Positions 9,009 to 18,653 of a DNA stretch of 64,000 bases are shown one piece after another. The stretch comes from Vicinamibacterales bacterium (lineage in GTDB: Bacteria > Acidobacteriota > Vicinamibacteria > Vicinamibacterales > UBA8438). Both the position numbers and the translations under genes were made by a program. Numbering within the stretch: position 1 is the stretch's first letter; each line of letters opens with the position of its first letter. The DNA lies in the NCBI GenBank assembly GCA_965221595.1, contig OZ244900.1, positions 2,243,317-2,307,316 on the forward strand. Reading direction: 5' to 3'. Below the pieces are notes generated by a model, which made no database searches, was not told where the DNA came from, and was given only the letters and a program-made list of their open reading frames with translations.

Positions 9009-11120
9009 ATGCGGTTGCTGCTGATTGCATCCATCGTCGCGTCAGTCGCCGGCGGCGCCGCGCGCGTCCACGGCCAGCCGGCCCAGGAGCCCTGGCAGAC
9101 CTACGGCACCGCGGACGGCGAGTGGCGCAGCTACGCCGGCGACATCGCCGGCACCAAGTACTCGCCGCTCGACCAGATCGACGCCGGCAACTTCGGCGAT
9201 CTGGAGATCGCCTGGGAGTGGACGTCGGTAGACAACTTCGTCAGCCGGACCACCCCCGGCGGCGGCGCATGGTGGGCCCCGCTGGACACCGTCGTCGAGT
9301 CGCTGGTCGCGGAGACGCCGGACCTCTACCGCAGCAGCCAGCCGCCCAACCCGTCGCGCCTCCAGGCGACGCCGCTGATGGTGGGCGGCGTGCTGTACTT
9401 CAACACGCCGCTGTCGCAGGGCGTGGCGGTCGACGCAGCCAGCGGCGAGACGCTGTGGGTCTTCAATCCCCGGAGCTACGAGGAAGGCACACCGAGCATG
9501 AGCTCGCCCTGGACGCAGCGCGGCGTCGCCTACTGGACCGACGGCGCGGGCGACGAGCGCATCTTCTGGGGCACCGGCAACGGTTACGTGGTGTGCGTCG
9601 CGGCCGCGACCGGCCGGCCGTGCCCCGACTTCGGGCCGGACGGCAGCGGCATGGTAGACGCGATGGTCGGCATCCCGCGCGTCGAGCGCGAGGCGCGCGA
9701 CTACCTCAACGCCCTCCTCTACTCGATCAACTCGCCCCCGATCGTCGTGCGCGACCGGGTGATCCACGGCTCGCAGATTGCCGACCGGCGCATCACGAAG
9801 GAGGCGCCGCCGGGCTGGGTGCGCGCCTGGGACGTGCGCACCGGCGAGCACGCCTGGGACTTCCATACGGTGCCGAACAGCCCCGACGAGTTCGGCGCGC
9901 AGACCTGGCTCAACGACTCGTGGCGCTACTCGGGCAACGCCAACGTGTGGTCGATGCTGGCCGGCGACAACGAGCTGGGCCACGTCTACCTGCCCACCGG
10001 TACAACCACCAACGACTACTACGGTGCCGACCGGCCCGGCGACAACCTCTTCTCGGAGTCGATCATCGCGGTCGACGTCGAGACCGGCCAGCGGGTGTGG
10101 CACTTCCAGGCCGTCCACCACGGCCTGTGGGACTACGACTTCCCGACGCACCCCAACCTGGTGGACGTGGTGGTCGACGGGCGCCCGATCCGGGCGCTGG
10201 TCCAGGTCAGCAAGCAGGCCTTCGTCTACGCCTTCGACCGCGTGACCGGCGAGCCGATCTGGCCGATCGAGGAACGCCCGGTACCGCAGGAAACGAACAT
10301 GCCGGGCGAGGTGCCGGCGCCGACGCAGCCGTTCCCGACGAAGCCGGCGCCGTTCGACTACCAGGGCGTGACCATCGACGACCTGGTCGACTTCACGCCG
10401 GAGCTGCGCCGGATGGCGATCGAGGTGGTCGACAATTACCGGATCGGGCCGCTGTTCACGCCGCCCGGGCGGGCCGTCCCGGGCGGCACGCAGGGCACCC
10501 TGATGCGGCCGCCGGACTTCGGCGCAGCGGGCTGGGCCGGCGCCGCCGTCGACCCCGAGACGGGGATGCTCTACATCCCGTCGCGCAACGTAGCCGTCGC
10601 CATCCCCCTCTACACGCCCGACCCGGCCCTCGGCGCCACGATGCGCTACACGCACGGCGCGCCCGAGGCGGAACGGCTGCGCCAGTTGCGGGCGGGGCTC
10701 TCCTACCAGGCGCGCATGCCGCAGGGCCTGCCGCTGCTCAAGCCGCCCTACTCGCGGATCACCGCCATCGACATGAACACCGGCGAGCACGCCTGGATGG
10801 TGCCCCTCGGCAACGGCGACCGCATCCGCAACCACCCCCGCCTGCGCCACCTGAACCTGCCGCCGCTCGGCGACGGCACCATCGGCGGGCCGCTGCTGAC
10901 GAAGACGCTGCTCATCAGCACCGTGCCGACCGCCGGCAGCACGGGCGGACCGGCCCTGGTGGCGTGGGACAAGCAGACCGGCGCCATCCGCGGCACGGTC
11001 GACCTGCCCGCCGGCACCATAGGCACGCCGATGACCTACCTGGTGGACGGCCGGCAGCACATCGCCGTCACCATCGGGGGCGGGCCACGGCTGGTGGCCT
11101 TCGCCCTGCCGGCGGACTGA
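9009..11120 (+). CDS. PQQ-dependent dehydrogenase (quinoprotein glucose dehydrogenase-like, beta-propeller)
   Basis: Signal peptide; W.SYAGD..GTKYSPLDQI, QATPLMVGG, HHGLWDYD, KPPYSRITAID, GTPMTY; GAAGGGAGG RBS. Confidence 0.9.
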   Translation: MRLLLIASIVASVAGGAARVHGQPAQEPWQTYGTADGEWRSYAGDIAGTKYSPLDQIDAGNFGDLEIAWEWTSVDNFVSRTTPGGGAWWAPLDTVVESLVAETPDLYRSSQPPNPSRLQATPLMVGGVLYFNTPLSQGVAVDAASGETLWVFNPRSYEEGTPSMSSPWTQRGVAYWTDGAGDERIFWGTGNGYVVCVAAATGRPCPDFGPDGSGMVDAMVGIPRVEREARDYLNALLYSINSPPIVVRDRVIHGSQIADRRITKEAPPGWVRAWDVRTGEHAWDFHTVPNSPDEFGAQTWLNDSWRYSGNANVWSMLAGDNELGHVYLPTGTTTNDYYGADRPGDNLFSESIIAVDVETGQRVWHFQAVHHGLWDYDFPTHPNLVDVVVDGRPIRALVQVSKQAFVYAFDRVTGEPIWPIEERPVPQETNMPGEVPAPTQPFPTKPAPFDYQGVTIDDLVDFTPELRRMAIEVVDNYRIGPLFTPPGRAVPGGTQGTLMRPPDFGAAGWAGAAVDPETGMLYIPSRNVAVAIPLYTPDPALGATMRYTHGAPEAERLRQLRAGLSYQARMPQGLPLLKPPYSRITAIDMNTGEHAWMVPLGNGDRIRNHPRLRHLNLPPLGDGTIGGPLLTKTLLISTVPTAGSTGGPALVAWDKQTGAIRGTVDLPAGTIGTPMTYLVDGRQHIAVTIGGGPRLVAFALPAD

Positions 11121-11234
11121 CGGCAGGGGCCTTGTCAGCCGGGCGCCGGGCGCCGGGCCCGGCGCGGGGCGGGGCGGGGTTGCACCGCGGGCTGCCGAGG
11201 ATGGAGTCCGGCGCGCAGCCCGGTCCGCCGGCAG

Positions 11235-11729
11235 TCAGCCGAAGACCCGCGCCACCGCGCGGCGCCGGTATTCGAAGATGGCCCGCAGGTCGGCGAAGAC
11301 CCAGCCGAGCAGGAATGTCCGCGCCAGCGGACGGCAGTACATGTCGAACAGCACCACGTCGTTGATCAACGTACCGCCGCCGAAAACCTGGAACGTGTGC
11401 GTATGACGCCACGTCCGGAAGGGTCCGCGCACCTGGCGGTCGACGAAGCGGTAGGGCGGCTCCCACGCGTCGATGCGCGTACGCCAACGGACGGGGAGAC
11501 GGTGCAGACGCAATGCGTAATCGATGCGGGCACCCGCTGCCAACGGCTCCGACGAGACGTGCAGGATGCGGAAGTGCAGAAAGGCGGGCGTGATGTGCTC
11601 CAGGTTGCGGGCCGTCGCAAAGAAGGGAAAGACCTCGGCCAGCGGCCGCGGCACGTGCTGCGTGCACGTCAACTGCCAGCCGGCGGCGGCCGGCTCGATC
11701 GCAATCCCCCCTGTCGTCAGCCTGTCCAT
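11235..11729 (-). CDS. SRPBCC (START-fold) family protein
   Basis: VFPFFATARNLEHITP, W.TRI..WEPP.RFVD.Q..GPF..WRHTHTF. Confidence 0.85.
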   Translation of the reverse strand: MDRLTTGGIAIEPAAAGWQLTCTQHVPRPLAEVFPFFATARNLEHITPAFLHFRILHVSSEPLAAGARIDYALRLHRLPVRWRTRIDAWEPPYRFVDRQVRGPFRTWRHTHTFQVFGGGTLINDVVLFDMYCRPLARTFLLGWVFADLRAIFEYRRRAVARVFG

Positions 11730-12007
11730 CGCCAGCCGGGCGTCCCGGCAGTTCACGCGTCGTCCCGGCGCGCCGCCCGGCACCCGCCCGGCGCGCTAGG
11801 CGCCCAGGTCGTTCCACGGCGCGGACGCCTAACGCTACTGTAAGCTGAACTCGAGATGCAGTCTACGGACCATGTGCACCGCAACCTCGCCTCCCGTCAC
11901 GTCGCATCGCTCGACCGCGCCGCAACCGGGCGCTGTGCCGGCGGTCGCGCGCTTCCCCCGCCCGTCCGGCCGCAGCCTCTGCCGGTGCCCGCGGCGGCGG
12001 CGAAGCC

Positions 12008-13384
12008 ATGAGCGGTCGCTGCCGGCGCGCCGCGGACATGCCGGTGGCGGCCGACGCCCTCTTCGAGTGGCACCGCCGGCCGGGTGCGTTCGAGCGGCTG
12101 GCGCCCCCCTGGCAGCGCGTCGCGGTCGTCGCGCGCAGCGGCGGGAGCCTCGAGCCGGGCAGCCGGCTGACGCTGCGGCTGCACGCCGGGCCGCTGGCCG
12201 TGGACTGGGTGGCGGAACACGGACCGCTCGAACCCGGACGTTCGTTCGTCGACCGCCAGCTCTCCGGCCCCTTTCGGGCCTGGACGCATCGGCACCTCTG
12301 CGAGCCCCGCGGCCCGGACGCCTCGATGCTCGTCGACGACGTGCAATACGAGCTGTTCGGGGGTCCCGTCGGCGCGCTCGGAGACGGCTACGCACGACGC
12401 ACTATCGAGCGCCTGCTGGCGTACCGGCAGCGGGTGACCGCCCGCGATCTGGGCTGGCATAATCAGTACGGAGGACAAGCGATGAAAGTGGCCGTCACCG
12501 GGGCTACGGGGTTGATCGGGTCGGCGCTCGTGCCGTTCCTGAAAAGCGGCGGCCACGACGTGGTGTCGCTGCGCCGGGCACCTGCGGCGGGGGACGGGGC
12601 ACCGAGCTGGGACCCGGCCAGCGGCGCCGTTTCCGCCGGCGCACTCGACGGCGTGGACGCCGTCGTACACCTGGCGGGCGAGAGCGTCGCGGGCGGGCGC
12701 TGGACGGCCGCGCGCAAAGCGCGCATCCGCGACAGCCGCGTGGACGGGACGCAGCGGCTGGCCGAAACGCTGGCCGGCCTCGCGGACCGGCCACGGACGC
12801 TCGTCGCCGCCTCGGCCATCGGCTTCTACGGCGACCGCGGCGACGCGCGGCTCGACGAGGCGGACGCACCGGGCAGCGACTTCCTGGCCGATGTGTGCCA
12901 GGCCTGGGAGGCGGCCGCCACACCGGCGCGCAACGCCCGCATCCGCGTGGTGCACCTGCGGATCGGCATCGTGCTCACGCCGGCGGGCGGCGCGCTCGGA
13001 CAGATGCTCCTGCCGTTCCGGCTGGGCGTCGGCGGGGTGATCGGCTCCGGTCGGCAGTACATGAGCTGGGTGGCGTTAGACGACGTGCTGGGGGGCATCC
13101 TGCACGCGCTGCGGACCGACGACCTGGCCGGGCCGGTGAACATGGTCGCGCCCAACCCGGTCACGAACGCCGAGTTCACGAAGACGCTGGGACGCGTACT
13201 GCGGCGCCCCACCATCCTGCCGCTGCCGGCCTTCGGCGCGCGCCTGGCGTTCGGCGAGATGGCCGACGCCCTGCTGCTGTCGAGCGCTCGCGTGGAACCC
13301 GCGCGCCTGCGGGAGAGCGGCTTCGAGTTCGGCTACCCCCGCCTGGAGGATGCGCTGCGCCACGTGCTCGGCCGGGCGGCCTGA
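12008..13384 (+). CDS. TIGR01777 family NAD-dependent epimerase-like oxidoreductase with N-terminal SRPBCC domain
   Basis: N-term WH.RPGAFERL.PPW / GPF..W.H.H; VAVTGATGLIG, HLAGE, ASAIGFYG, C..WE, LRIGIVL, GEMA..LLSS.RV.P. Confidence 0.9.
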   Translation: MSGRCRRAADMPVAADALFEWHRRPGAFERLAPPWQRVAVVARSGGSLEPGSRLTLRLHAGPLAVDWVAEHGPLEPGRSFVDRQLSGPFRAWTHRHLCEPRGPDASMLVDDVQYELFGGPVGALGDGYARRTIERLLAYRQRVTARDLGWHNQYGGQAMKVAVTGATGLIGSALVPFLKSGGHDVVSLRRAPAAGDGAPSWDPASGAVSAGALDGVDAVVHLAGESVAGGRWTAARKARIRDSRVDGTQRLAETLAGLADRPRTLVAASAIGFYGDRGDARLDEADAPGSDFLADVCQAWEAAATPARNARIRVVHLRIGIVLTPAGGALGQMLLPFRLGVGGVIGSGRQYMSWVALDDVLGGILHALRTDDLAGPVNMVAPNPVTNAEFTKTLGRVLRRPTILPLPAFGARLAFGEMADALLLSSARVEPARLRESGFEFGYPRLEDALRHVLGRAA

Positions 13385-13474
13385 CGCCGCCTGGCGGGCC
13401 CGAAGTCTGCACCGCAGAACCCTGCAGACTCCGCAAGGCGCGCGCGGTGCGCCGCGGCGGGAGCAGCGCGGGGC

Positions 13475-13521
13475 GCAGGAGTCCCCGCAGGCGAACGCCG
13501 GGGGTTCGGGACGCAGCCCCG
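13475..13521 (+). repeat. Dispersed ~47-bp REP-like repeat, copy 1
   Basis: GCAGGAGTCCCCGCAGGCGAACGCCGGGGGTTCGGGACGCAGCCCCG; related copies at 27821, 48605, 56465. Confidence 0.75.
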
Positions 13522-13534
13522 CCTGAAGCTAGAG

Positions 13535-14422
13535 CTAGACCCGCAGGCTCCGGTACCAGGTCTTCAGCGCCGCGCCGATGGCGTGCGGGCGGTCCTCCTG
13601 CACGAAGTGCAGGCCCGGGCCGATGTCGACCGCGGTCAGTTTCCGCATGTGCGCGCGGCACCAGTCCACCAGTTCCTTGCGCAGGATGGCGCCCGGACGC
13701 GCGTAGAGCAGCAGCTTGGGAACGTCGCACGCCCCGAGCCAGGCCGCATAGGCGTCGACGATCGCGGTCACGTCGGCCGGCTCGCCGTCGATGGGGATCT
13801 CGTTCGGCCAGCGCCACACGGGCTTGCGGCTCGCCGGGTCGCGGAACGGCTCGCGGTAGCGCTCCATCTCCGCCTCGCTCAGCTTCCGCTGGATCGCGCC
13901 CGGCAGCACCTGCTCGACGAATGCATTGCGGTTCACCACGAGGTCCCAGCCCACCTCCGGCGTGCGGAACGCCTCGAACAGCGGCCGCACGGTGCGTGGC
14001 CACTCGTCCCAGGTCATCGGCCGCACCACCGCCTCCATGAATGCCAGGCCCCGCACGTTCGCCGCGTGACGCCGCGCGTAGTGGAAGCCGAGGGCCGAGC
14101 CCCAGTCGTGGAGCACCAGGGTGAGCCCCCGCAGGCCGAGCGCTTCGATGAAGCCGTCCACGTAGCGGGCGTGGTCGACGAAGCGATAGGCGAGATCGGG
14201 CTTGTCCGACCGGCCCATGCCGATCAGGTCCAGCGCCACGCAGCGCGCGTCGCCCGCCAGGTGCGGGATGACGTTGCGCCAGAGGTAGCAGGACGTCGGA
14301 TTGCCGTGCAGGAACAGGATCGGCTCGCCCTCGCCCGCCTCGACGTAGTGGATGCGGGAGCCGGCCACGGTCACGAACCGCGACTCGCAGGACATGTCCG
14401 CCGAGATGGTCTCTTCGGTCAT
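13535..14422 (-). CDS. dhaA: Haloalkane dehalogenase (HLD-II, DhaA-like)
   Basis: FLHGNPTS, LHDWGSALG (nucleophile Asp + Trp), AFME (acid), WPNEIPI, GLHFVQED (His). Confidence 0.88.
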   Translation of the reverse strand: MTEETISADMSCESRFVTVAGSRIHYVEAGEGEPILFLHGNPTSCYLWRNVIPHLAGDARCVALDLIGMGRSDKPDLAYRFVDHARYVDGFIEALGLRGLTLVLHDWGSALGFHYARRHAANVRGLAFMEAVVRPMTWDEWPRTVRPLFEAFRTPEVGWDLVVNRNAFVEQVLPGAIQRKLSEAEMERYREPFRDPASRKPVWRWPNEIPIDGEPADVTAIVDAYAAWLGACDVPKLLLYARPGAILRKELVDWCRAHMRKLTAVDIGPGLHFVQEDRPHAIGAALKTWYRSLRV

Positions 14423-14522
14423 GGCCCGGTGCTGGCAGGTTGCGGATGCAGTGCTTCGTGGAGGCCCGCTACCGGAGGCAAGCCGGCAGCCGCCGCGCGG
14501 AACGGCGAAACTCGAACGGGGC

Positions 14523-14559
14523 GCAGCGGCGGGAGGGCCGGCAGCCCTCCCGCCGCTGC
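14523..14559. terminator. Perfect 16-bp GC stem-loop (terminator or REP-type palindrome)
   Basis: GCAGCGGCGGGAGGGC-cggca-GCCCTCCCGCCGCTGC about 10 nt after the stop of 14569..15978; no U-tract. Confidence 0.6.
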
Positions 14560-14568
14560 AACAACCTG

Positions 14569-15978
14569 CTACTGCTGATTGTCGTTGGCCAGGTTCTGCT
14601 GCGACGGGAACTCGGCCTGGCACAGCGGGCAGCCGATGAGGTAGTCGTTCTTCGAGAGCTGCAGCCGCTCGCGGCGCTCGGCCATCTCGCGCTCGAATTC
14701 CTCGTCGGTCAGTGCAAAGCCCTGCCCGATGTTGATGAACATGTTCGACACCGACCGACGCCCGCCGCCGGACCAGTTGCGCGGGTCGGCCACGTTGCGG
14801 TTGGCCGCGGTGGTGTCCAGCCAGCCGATGATGTGCAGGATGGTCCCCTTCGGCAGCAGCGGGGCGTAGTCGTCCTCGTAGATGTACTGCTTCACCCAGT
14901 TGTGGTCGTAGCCCGCGCAGGTGAGCTGCTGGACATTGTGCCCCCAGATGGCCTCCAGGCACATGCGCGTGCCGGGCGCGTGCTGGTGCGGCTCGAACAG
15001 CACGATCTTGGTGTGCTCCTCCAGCACGCGGTAGGCATGCAGCTCCTGGCCAGCCACGTTCGGCTTGATGTCGATGTCGACGCCGTTGCCCAGGACGTTG
15101 CTCGTGTACCGCATCTCGGGCTCGTAGCCCCTGGGATGCAGCTTGAACGCGAACTTCAGGTGCGCCCGGGTCTCGCGGCCGTTCGAGTGCAGATGGGCGT
15201 TCTCGAGGTTCAGCCGCGAGCCGGCTGCGAGCAGCCGCCCGGCAGCGGGCGGGAACACGTCCGCGTTGCGGCCCACTTCGTGCACGGGCCAGCGCGTCGT
15301 GGTCTCGCCGTCCTCACCCTCGGGCGCGATGGTCTCGTAGGTCATGTGGTGGAACACGTAGCGCCCGCCCACCGTGTTGCTGCCCTGTATCCGCGGTACG
15401 TCGTTGAACTCCTTGACCTCGACCGCCGCCACGTAGCGATCCTCGTCCAGGCCGATGGGAATCGTGCCCAGCGACGTCCACTTGTCTGGCGCCGCGGCCG
15501 GCACCACGACCTCGTTCGATTCGACGATGAGATCGGGCTCGCCTATGGTCCACTGATCGGGGCCGGCAAACCGGCGCGGGGGCGGCAGGTCGGCCGGGTT
15601 GCCGAGCGGAGCCCCGTTGTCGGCCCAGATACCGATTGCCTCGATCTCCGCCTCGCTGAGCGACGGATCGTTCTTGTAGTGCTGGATGCCGATGTCCTTC
15701 TCGATGAACCAGGGCGGCATCGCGCCGCGCTTGTTGCGGAGCGCGGTGCGGGCCTTGATGGCGCGCGCCCAGGGCCGGACCTCCTCGTACGTCAGCAGCG
15801 ACATCGGCGCCACCGAGTCGGGCCGGTGGCACTCCTGGCAGCTCCGTTGCAGGATCGGCGCAATGTCCCTGGCGAACGTGACCTGGCCGGCTGCGCCCTC
15901 CGTCGCGGGCTGGGCGATTGCGGCGGCCGGCACCAGCACACCGACGAGCAGAAGTCCGAGCCGATGCATGCTTCTCAT
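14569..15978 (-). CDS. Exported c-type cytochrome fused to copper type-II (PHM/DBH-like) monooxygenase-like domains
   Basis: Signal peptide; CQECH + MPPW; FHHM, AHLH, PHQH, NMF; C-terminal CPLC; GAAGGGAG RBS. Confidence 0.75.
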   Translation of the reverse strand: MRSMHRLGLLLVGVLVPAAAIAQPATEGAAGQVTFARDIAPILQRSCQECHRPDSVAPMSLLTYEEVRPWARAIKARTALRNKRGAMPPWFIEKDIGIQHYKNDPSLSEAEIEAIGIWADNGAPLGNPADLPPPRRFAGPDQWTIGEPDLIVESNEVVVPAAAPDKWTSLGTIPIGLDEDRYVAAVEVKEFNDVPRIQGSNTVGGRYVFHHMTYETIAPEGEDGETTTRWPVHEVGRNADVFPPAAGRLLAAGSRLNLENAHLHSNGRETRAHLKFAFKLHPRGYEPEMRYTSNVLGNGVDIDIKPNVAGQELHAYRVLEEHTKIVLFEPHQHAPGTRMCLEAIWGHNVQQLTCAGYDHNWVKQYIYEDDYAPLLPKGTILHIIGWLDTTAANRNVADPRNWSGGGRRSVSNMFINIGQGFALTDEEFEREMAERRERLQLSKNDYLIGCPLCQAEFPSQQNLANDNQQ

Positions 15979-16059
15979 CGCAACTCCCTTCGAGATGGGG
16001 CGGAACGGTCGCCCCTAGTATCTCCGCAAATCGCTTCGGCGGCAACGGCTGCGCGGGCT

Positions 16060-17355
16060 TCAGCCGGCCGGCTCGATTCTGAAGAGCACCGCCTCGTCGG
16101 CGTCCGTCAGCACGTACAGCAAACCATCAGGCCCCTGGCGCACGTCGCGGATGCGCTGGCGCAGCTCCGTGAGCAGCCACTCGCGGCGCTGCTCCTCCCC
16201 GTTCTCGTTGAAGACGATGCGCTCCAGATGCCCCGTGTTGCGGATCCCGCCGGTCCGCAGCGCGCCGACGAACAAGTCGCCCACCCACTGCGGGAACCGG
16301 TCAGCGTCGTAGAAGACCATCCCCGACGGGGCCACCGACGGCAGCCAGACGATCTCGGACTGCTCCATCCCCGCCTGCCAAGGTCGCGATGCCACGCGCG
16401 GACCGGCGTATTGCCGGCTGTAGGAGACGACCGGCCAGCCGTAGTTCCGGCCCGGGCGGATGATGTTCAGCTCGTCGCCGCCGAGCGGCCCGTTCTCGTG
16501 CGCCCACAGCTCGCCCGTGCCGGGATGAAACGCCATCCCGAGCTGGTTGCGGTGTCCCAGCGAGTAGATCTCCGGGCGGTGGCCGCCGCGGTCCACGAAG
16601 GGGTTGTCGTCGGGGATGCCGCCGTCGTCGCGCAGCCGCACGACCTTGCCGACGGTGTCGTTCGGATCCTGGGCGCGGCCGCCCTGCTCGCCGAAGGCAC
16701 CGCCGACGGTCAGCAGGAGCTTGCCGTCCGGCGCGAACACGACTCGTGAGGCGGCCCCGCCGCCGCCGTCCAGCAGGTCCGAGACGAACAGCGTCTCGAC
16801 GTCGGCCAGTGCCATCCCGTCCAGCCTCCCGCGCGCGAGCGCCACCCGAACCCCGTCGTCGCCCGGACGCGAGTACGTGAGGTACACCCAGCGGTTGTCG
16901 CCGAACCGCGGATGCAGCGCCACGTCCATCAGGCCGGCCGCACCGACCGCGTGGACCGCGGGCAGCCCCGCAACCGGGCGCGGGTCGAGGACGCCGTCGC
17001 GGATCAGCCGCAGGCGGCCGGCCCGCTCCGTGACGAGCAGGCCGCCGTCGGGAAGGAAGGCCAGCGCCCACGGATGCGACAGGCCGCGCGTGACGGTCAC
17101 CAGCCGGATGCGCGCCTCCGCGGTCTCGATGACCAGCGGGCCGGCCGGCAGGGGCACCGGCGGCAGTCCCGGTGTTGCCTGCCCCGCCGCGGCCAGGGCC
17201 GGCGCCAGCAGGCATCCGGCCACGGCTGCCACGCCGGCGGCACGTGCGCCGGCGCGCGGCAACACGCGGGCACCGGCGGCCCCGTCCGTACGCCGGCCGC
17301 GGGCCGCGCTGCGGACAGAGCGCAGTCCCGCCGGCCTACTGCTGCGCTGCGGCAT
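16060..17355 (-). CDS. PQQ-dependent soluble sugar dehydrogenase (YliI/GSDH family)
   Basis: GLSHPWALAFLPDG, TER.GRL, GHRNQLG, ENGP.GGDELN, NYGWP, APSG, RIRDVRQGPDG; start uncertain. Confidence 0.88.
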   Translation of the reverse strand: MPQRSSRPAGLRSVRSAARGRRTDGAAGARVLPRAGARAAGVAAVAGCLLAPALAAAGQATPGLPPVPLPAGPLVIETAEARIRLVTVTRGLSHPWALAFLPDGGLLVTERAGRLRLIRDGVLDPRPVAGLPAVHAVGAAGLMDVALHPRFGDNRWVYLTYSRPGDDGVRVALARGRLDGMALADVETLFVSDLLDGGGGAASRVVFAPDGKLLLTVGGAFGEQGGRAQDPNDTVGKVVRLRDDGGIPDDNPFVDRGGHRPEIYSLGHRNQLGMAFHPGTGELWAHENGPLGGDELNIIRPGRNYGWPVVSYSRQYAGPRVASRPWQAGMEQSEIVWLPSVAPSGMVFYDADRFPQWVGDLFVGALRTGGIRNTGHLERIVFNENGEEQRREWLLTELRQRIRDVRQGPDGLLYVLTDADEAVLFRIEPAG

Positions 17356-18367
17356 CCTGGACGCGCGCGCCGGCCAGCATATTGTAGAGGCCGTAGTTGC
17401 CCTCGTGGCAGGCCTACTCGAACACCAGGTCACCGCGCTTCATCGGCAGCAGCGCGGTGAACGGCCGCGTGAAGGTCGTCGGGTCGTTCACGGTGTACTC
17501 GTAGTGCAGCGTGTCGTCCGCCGCCAGGCTGAAGCGTTCCGTCAGGTGCAGGTACGTCCCATCCCCGACCGCCTGGGCCACCGACGGATTGAAACTCGCG
17601 GTCTTGGTGCTGAAGTTGGTCGACTCGACCACCAGCGTGTCGCCGTCCCAGTAGCCGCGCGAGTCGCCCATCCACTGGCGGATGCCCGCCGGCAGGTGTC
17701 CGCGCCCGTCGAGGGGCACGATGCGCGCGTCGTGCACCATCTCGTGGAAGATCACCACGTAGTCGGACGTCTGGAAGATCTGGATGTTCTGGTTGTAGCC
17801 CGTAGGCACGATCGGCGGCCCCGAATTGAAGCCCAGCAGGCAGCGCTCGGCCAGGCCGCGGTCCTCGTGGCTGTCGGTGCCGATACCGGCCGCCCGGACG
17901 CGGACCGGAAGCGTGCCGCCCAGGTCCGCGGCCAGCGAGAGCTGCTGCATCTCCGCGCCCGGCTGCAGCGCGGGCAGGCGCCCGTCGGGCGGATCCACGA
18001 TCAGCGACGTCCGCTGGTCCGCAACTACACGGGCGCCCTGGTCCACCCAGTAGTGGTTGTAGCCGCCCACGTTGCCGCCCACGGGCAGCAGCTCGTCGCG
18101 ATTCGTGGTCGGCGCGTTCAACTCGGCGCTGCGCGCCGCCGCCTGCGCGTCGATTGCGGCGGCTTCCTCGGCCGCCAGGACCGCCTGGTCGCCGAGGTCC
18201 GCGGGCCGCTCGAGCGGCGTCAGCGTGCGGAAATCCCAGACGCCCTGCAGGTCGGGCCTGCCGTCGGGCAGCCGCGGCGGGTCGAATGCGGTCTGCGCAC
18301 CCGCCGGGCCGGCACCCAGGGCCAGCGCAAACACCAACGGTGCGGCGACGAGAACTCTGCGGCTCAT
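17336..18367 (-). pseudogene. Exported GxPDLxGxW...CHEGNY family protein interrupted by an in-frame TAG at 17414-17416
   Basis: Reads ...DLVFE-TAG-ACHEGNYGLYNMLAGARVQDAAAQQ-TAG(17336); the paralogue at 61930 has YEYACHEGNY; CAGGAGGA RBS before ATG 18367. Confidence 0.75.
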
Positions 18368-18439
18368 GTCATCCTCCTGATCGAATCGCACGGACCGCCG
18401 GATCGACCGGCGCCGGTCCCGGTTCACCACTGTCAGTCT

Positions 18440-18467
18440 ACCCCGTACCTGCCACCCCGTACCTGCC
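18440..18467. repeat. Perfect 14-bp tandem direct repeat in divergent promoter region
   Basis: ACCCCGTACCTGCC x2, immediately upstream (minus strand) of a TAGACT -10-like hexamer. Confidence 0.7.
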
Positions 18468-18608
18468 ACTCTCCGCACCCGGCCGCGGCAGAGTGCGACG
18501 CTCACGGTGGCGGCAGGCAGGCCGGCAGCGCACATGCCGGGCCTGCCGTCCGACGCGCGATCCGTACGTTGAAGGGTCCAATTCACTCGACTTCGGGACG
18601 GCAAGTTG

Positions 18609-18627
18609 GCATCCTTATGCAGGATGC
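18609..18627. promoter_or_regulatory. Operator-like inverted repeat upstream of DUF1592 operon
   Basis: GCATCCT-N5-AGGATGC, 26 nt before ATG 18654. Confidence 0.4.
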
Positions 18628-18653
18628 AGGGCCGTTGCCCCGGGAGGCTGCGC

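Noticed and set aside
11139-11180. GC-rich short tandem (GCCGGGC)n between convergent genes
   Set aside because: Low-complexity GC sequence; may form a terminator hairpin but is not distinctive.
17414-17416. Genome-wide TAG reassignment or pyrrolysine
   Set aside because: Many genes here end at TAG at the expected family C-terminus (e.g. 33391, 39237, 50022); the codon replaces a Tyr and no pyl genes are seen.
18606-18621. Sigma-54-like TGGCA...TGCA (also near 35298-35311)
   Set aside because: GG-to-GC spacing is 9 nt rather than the required 10.
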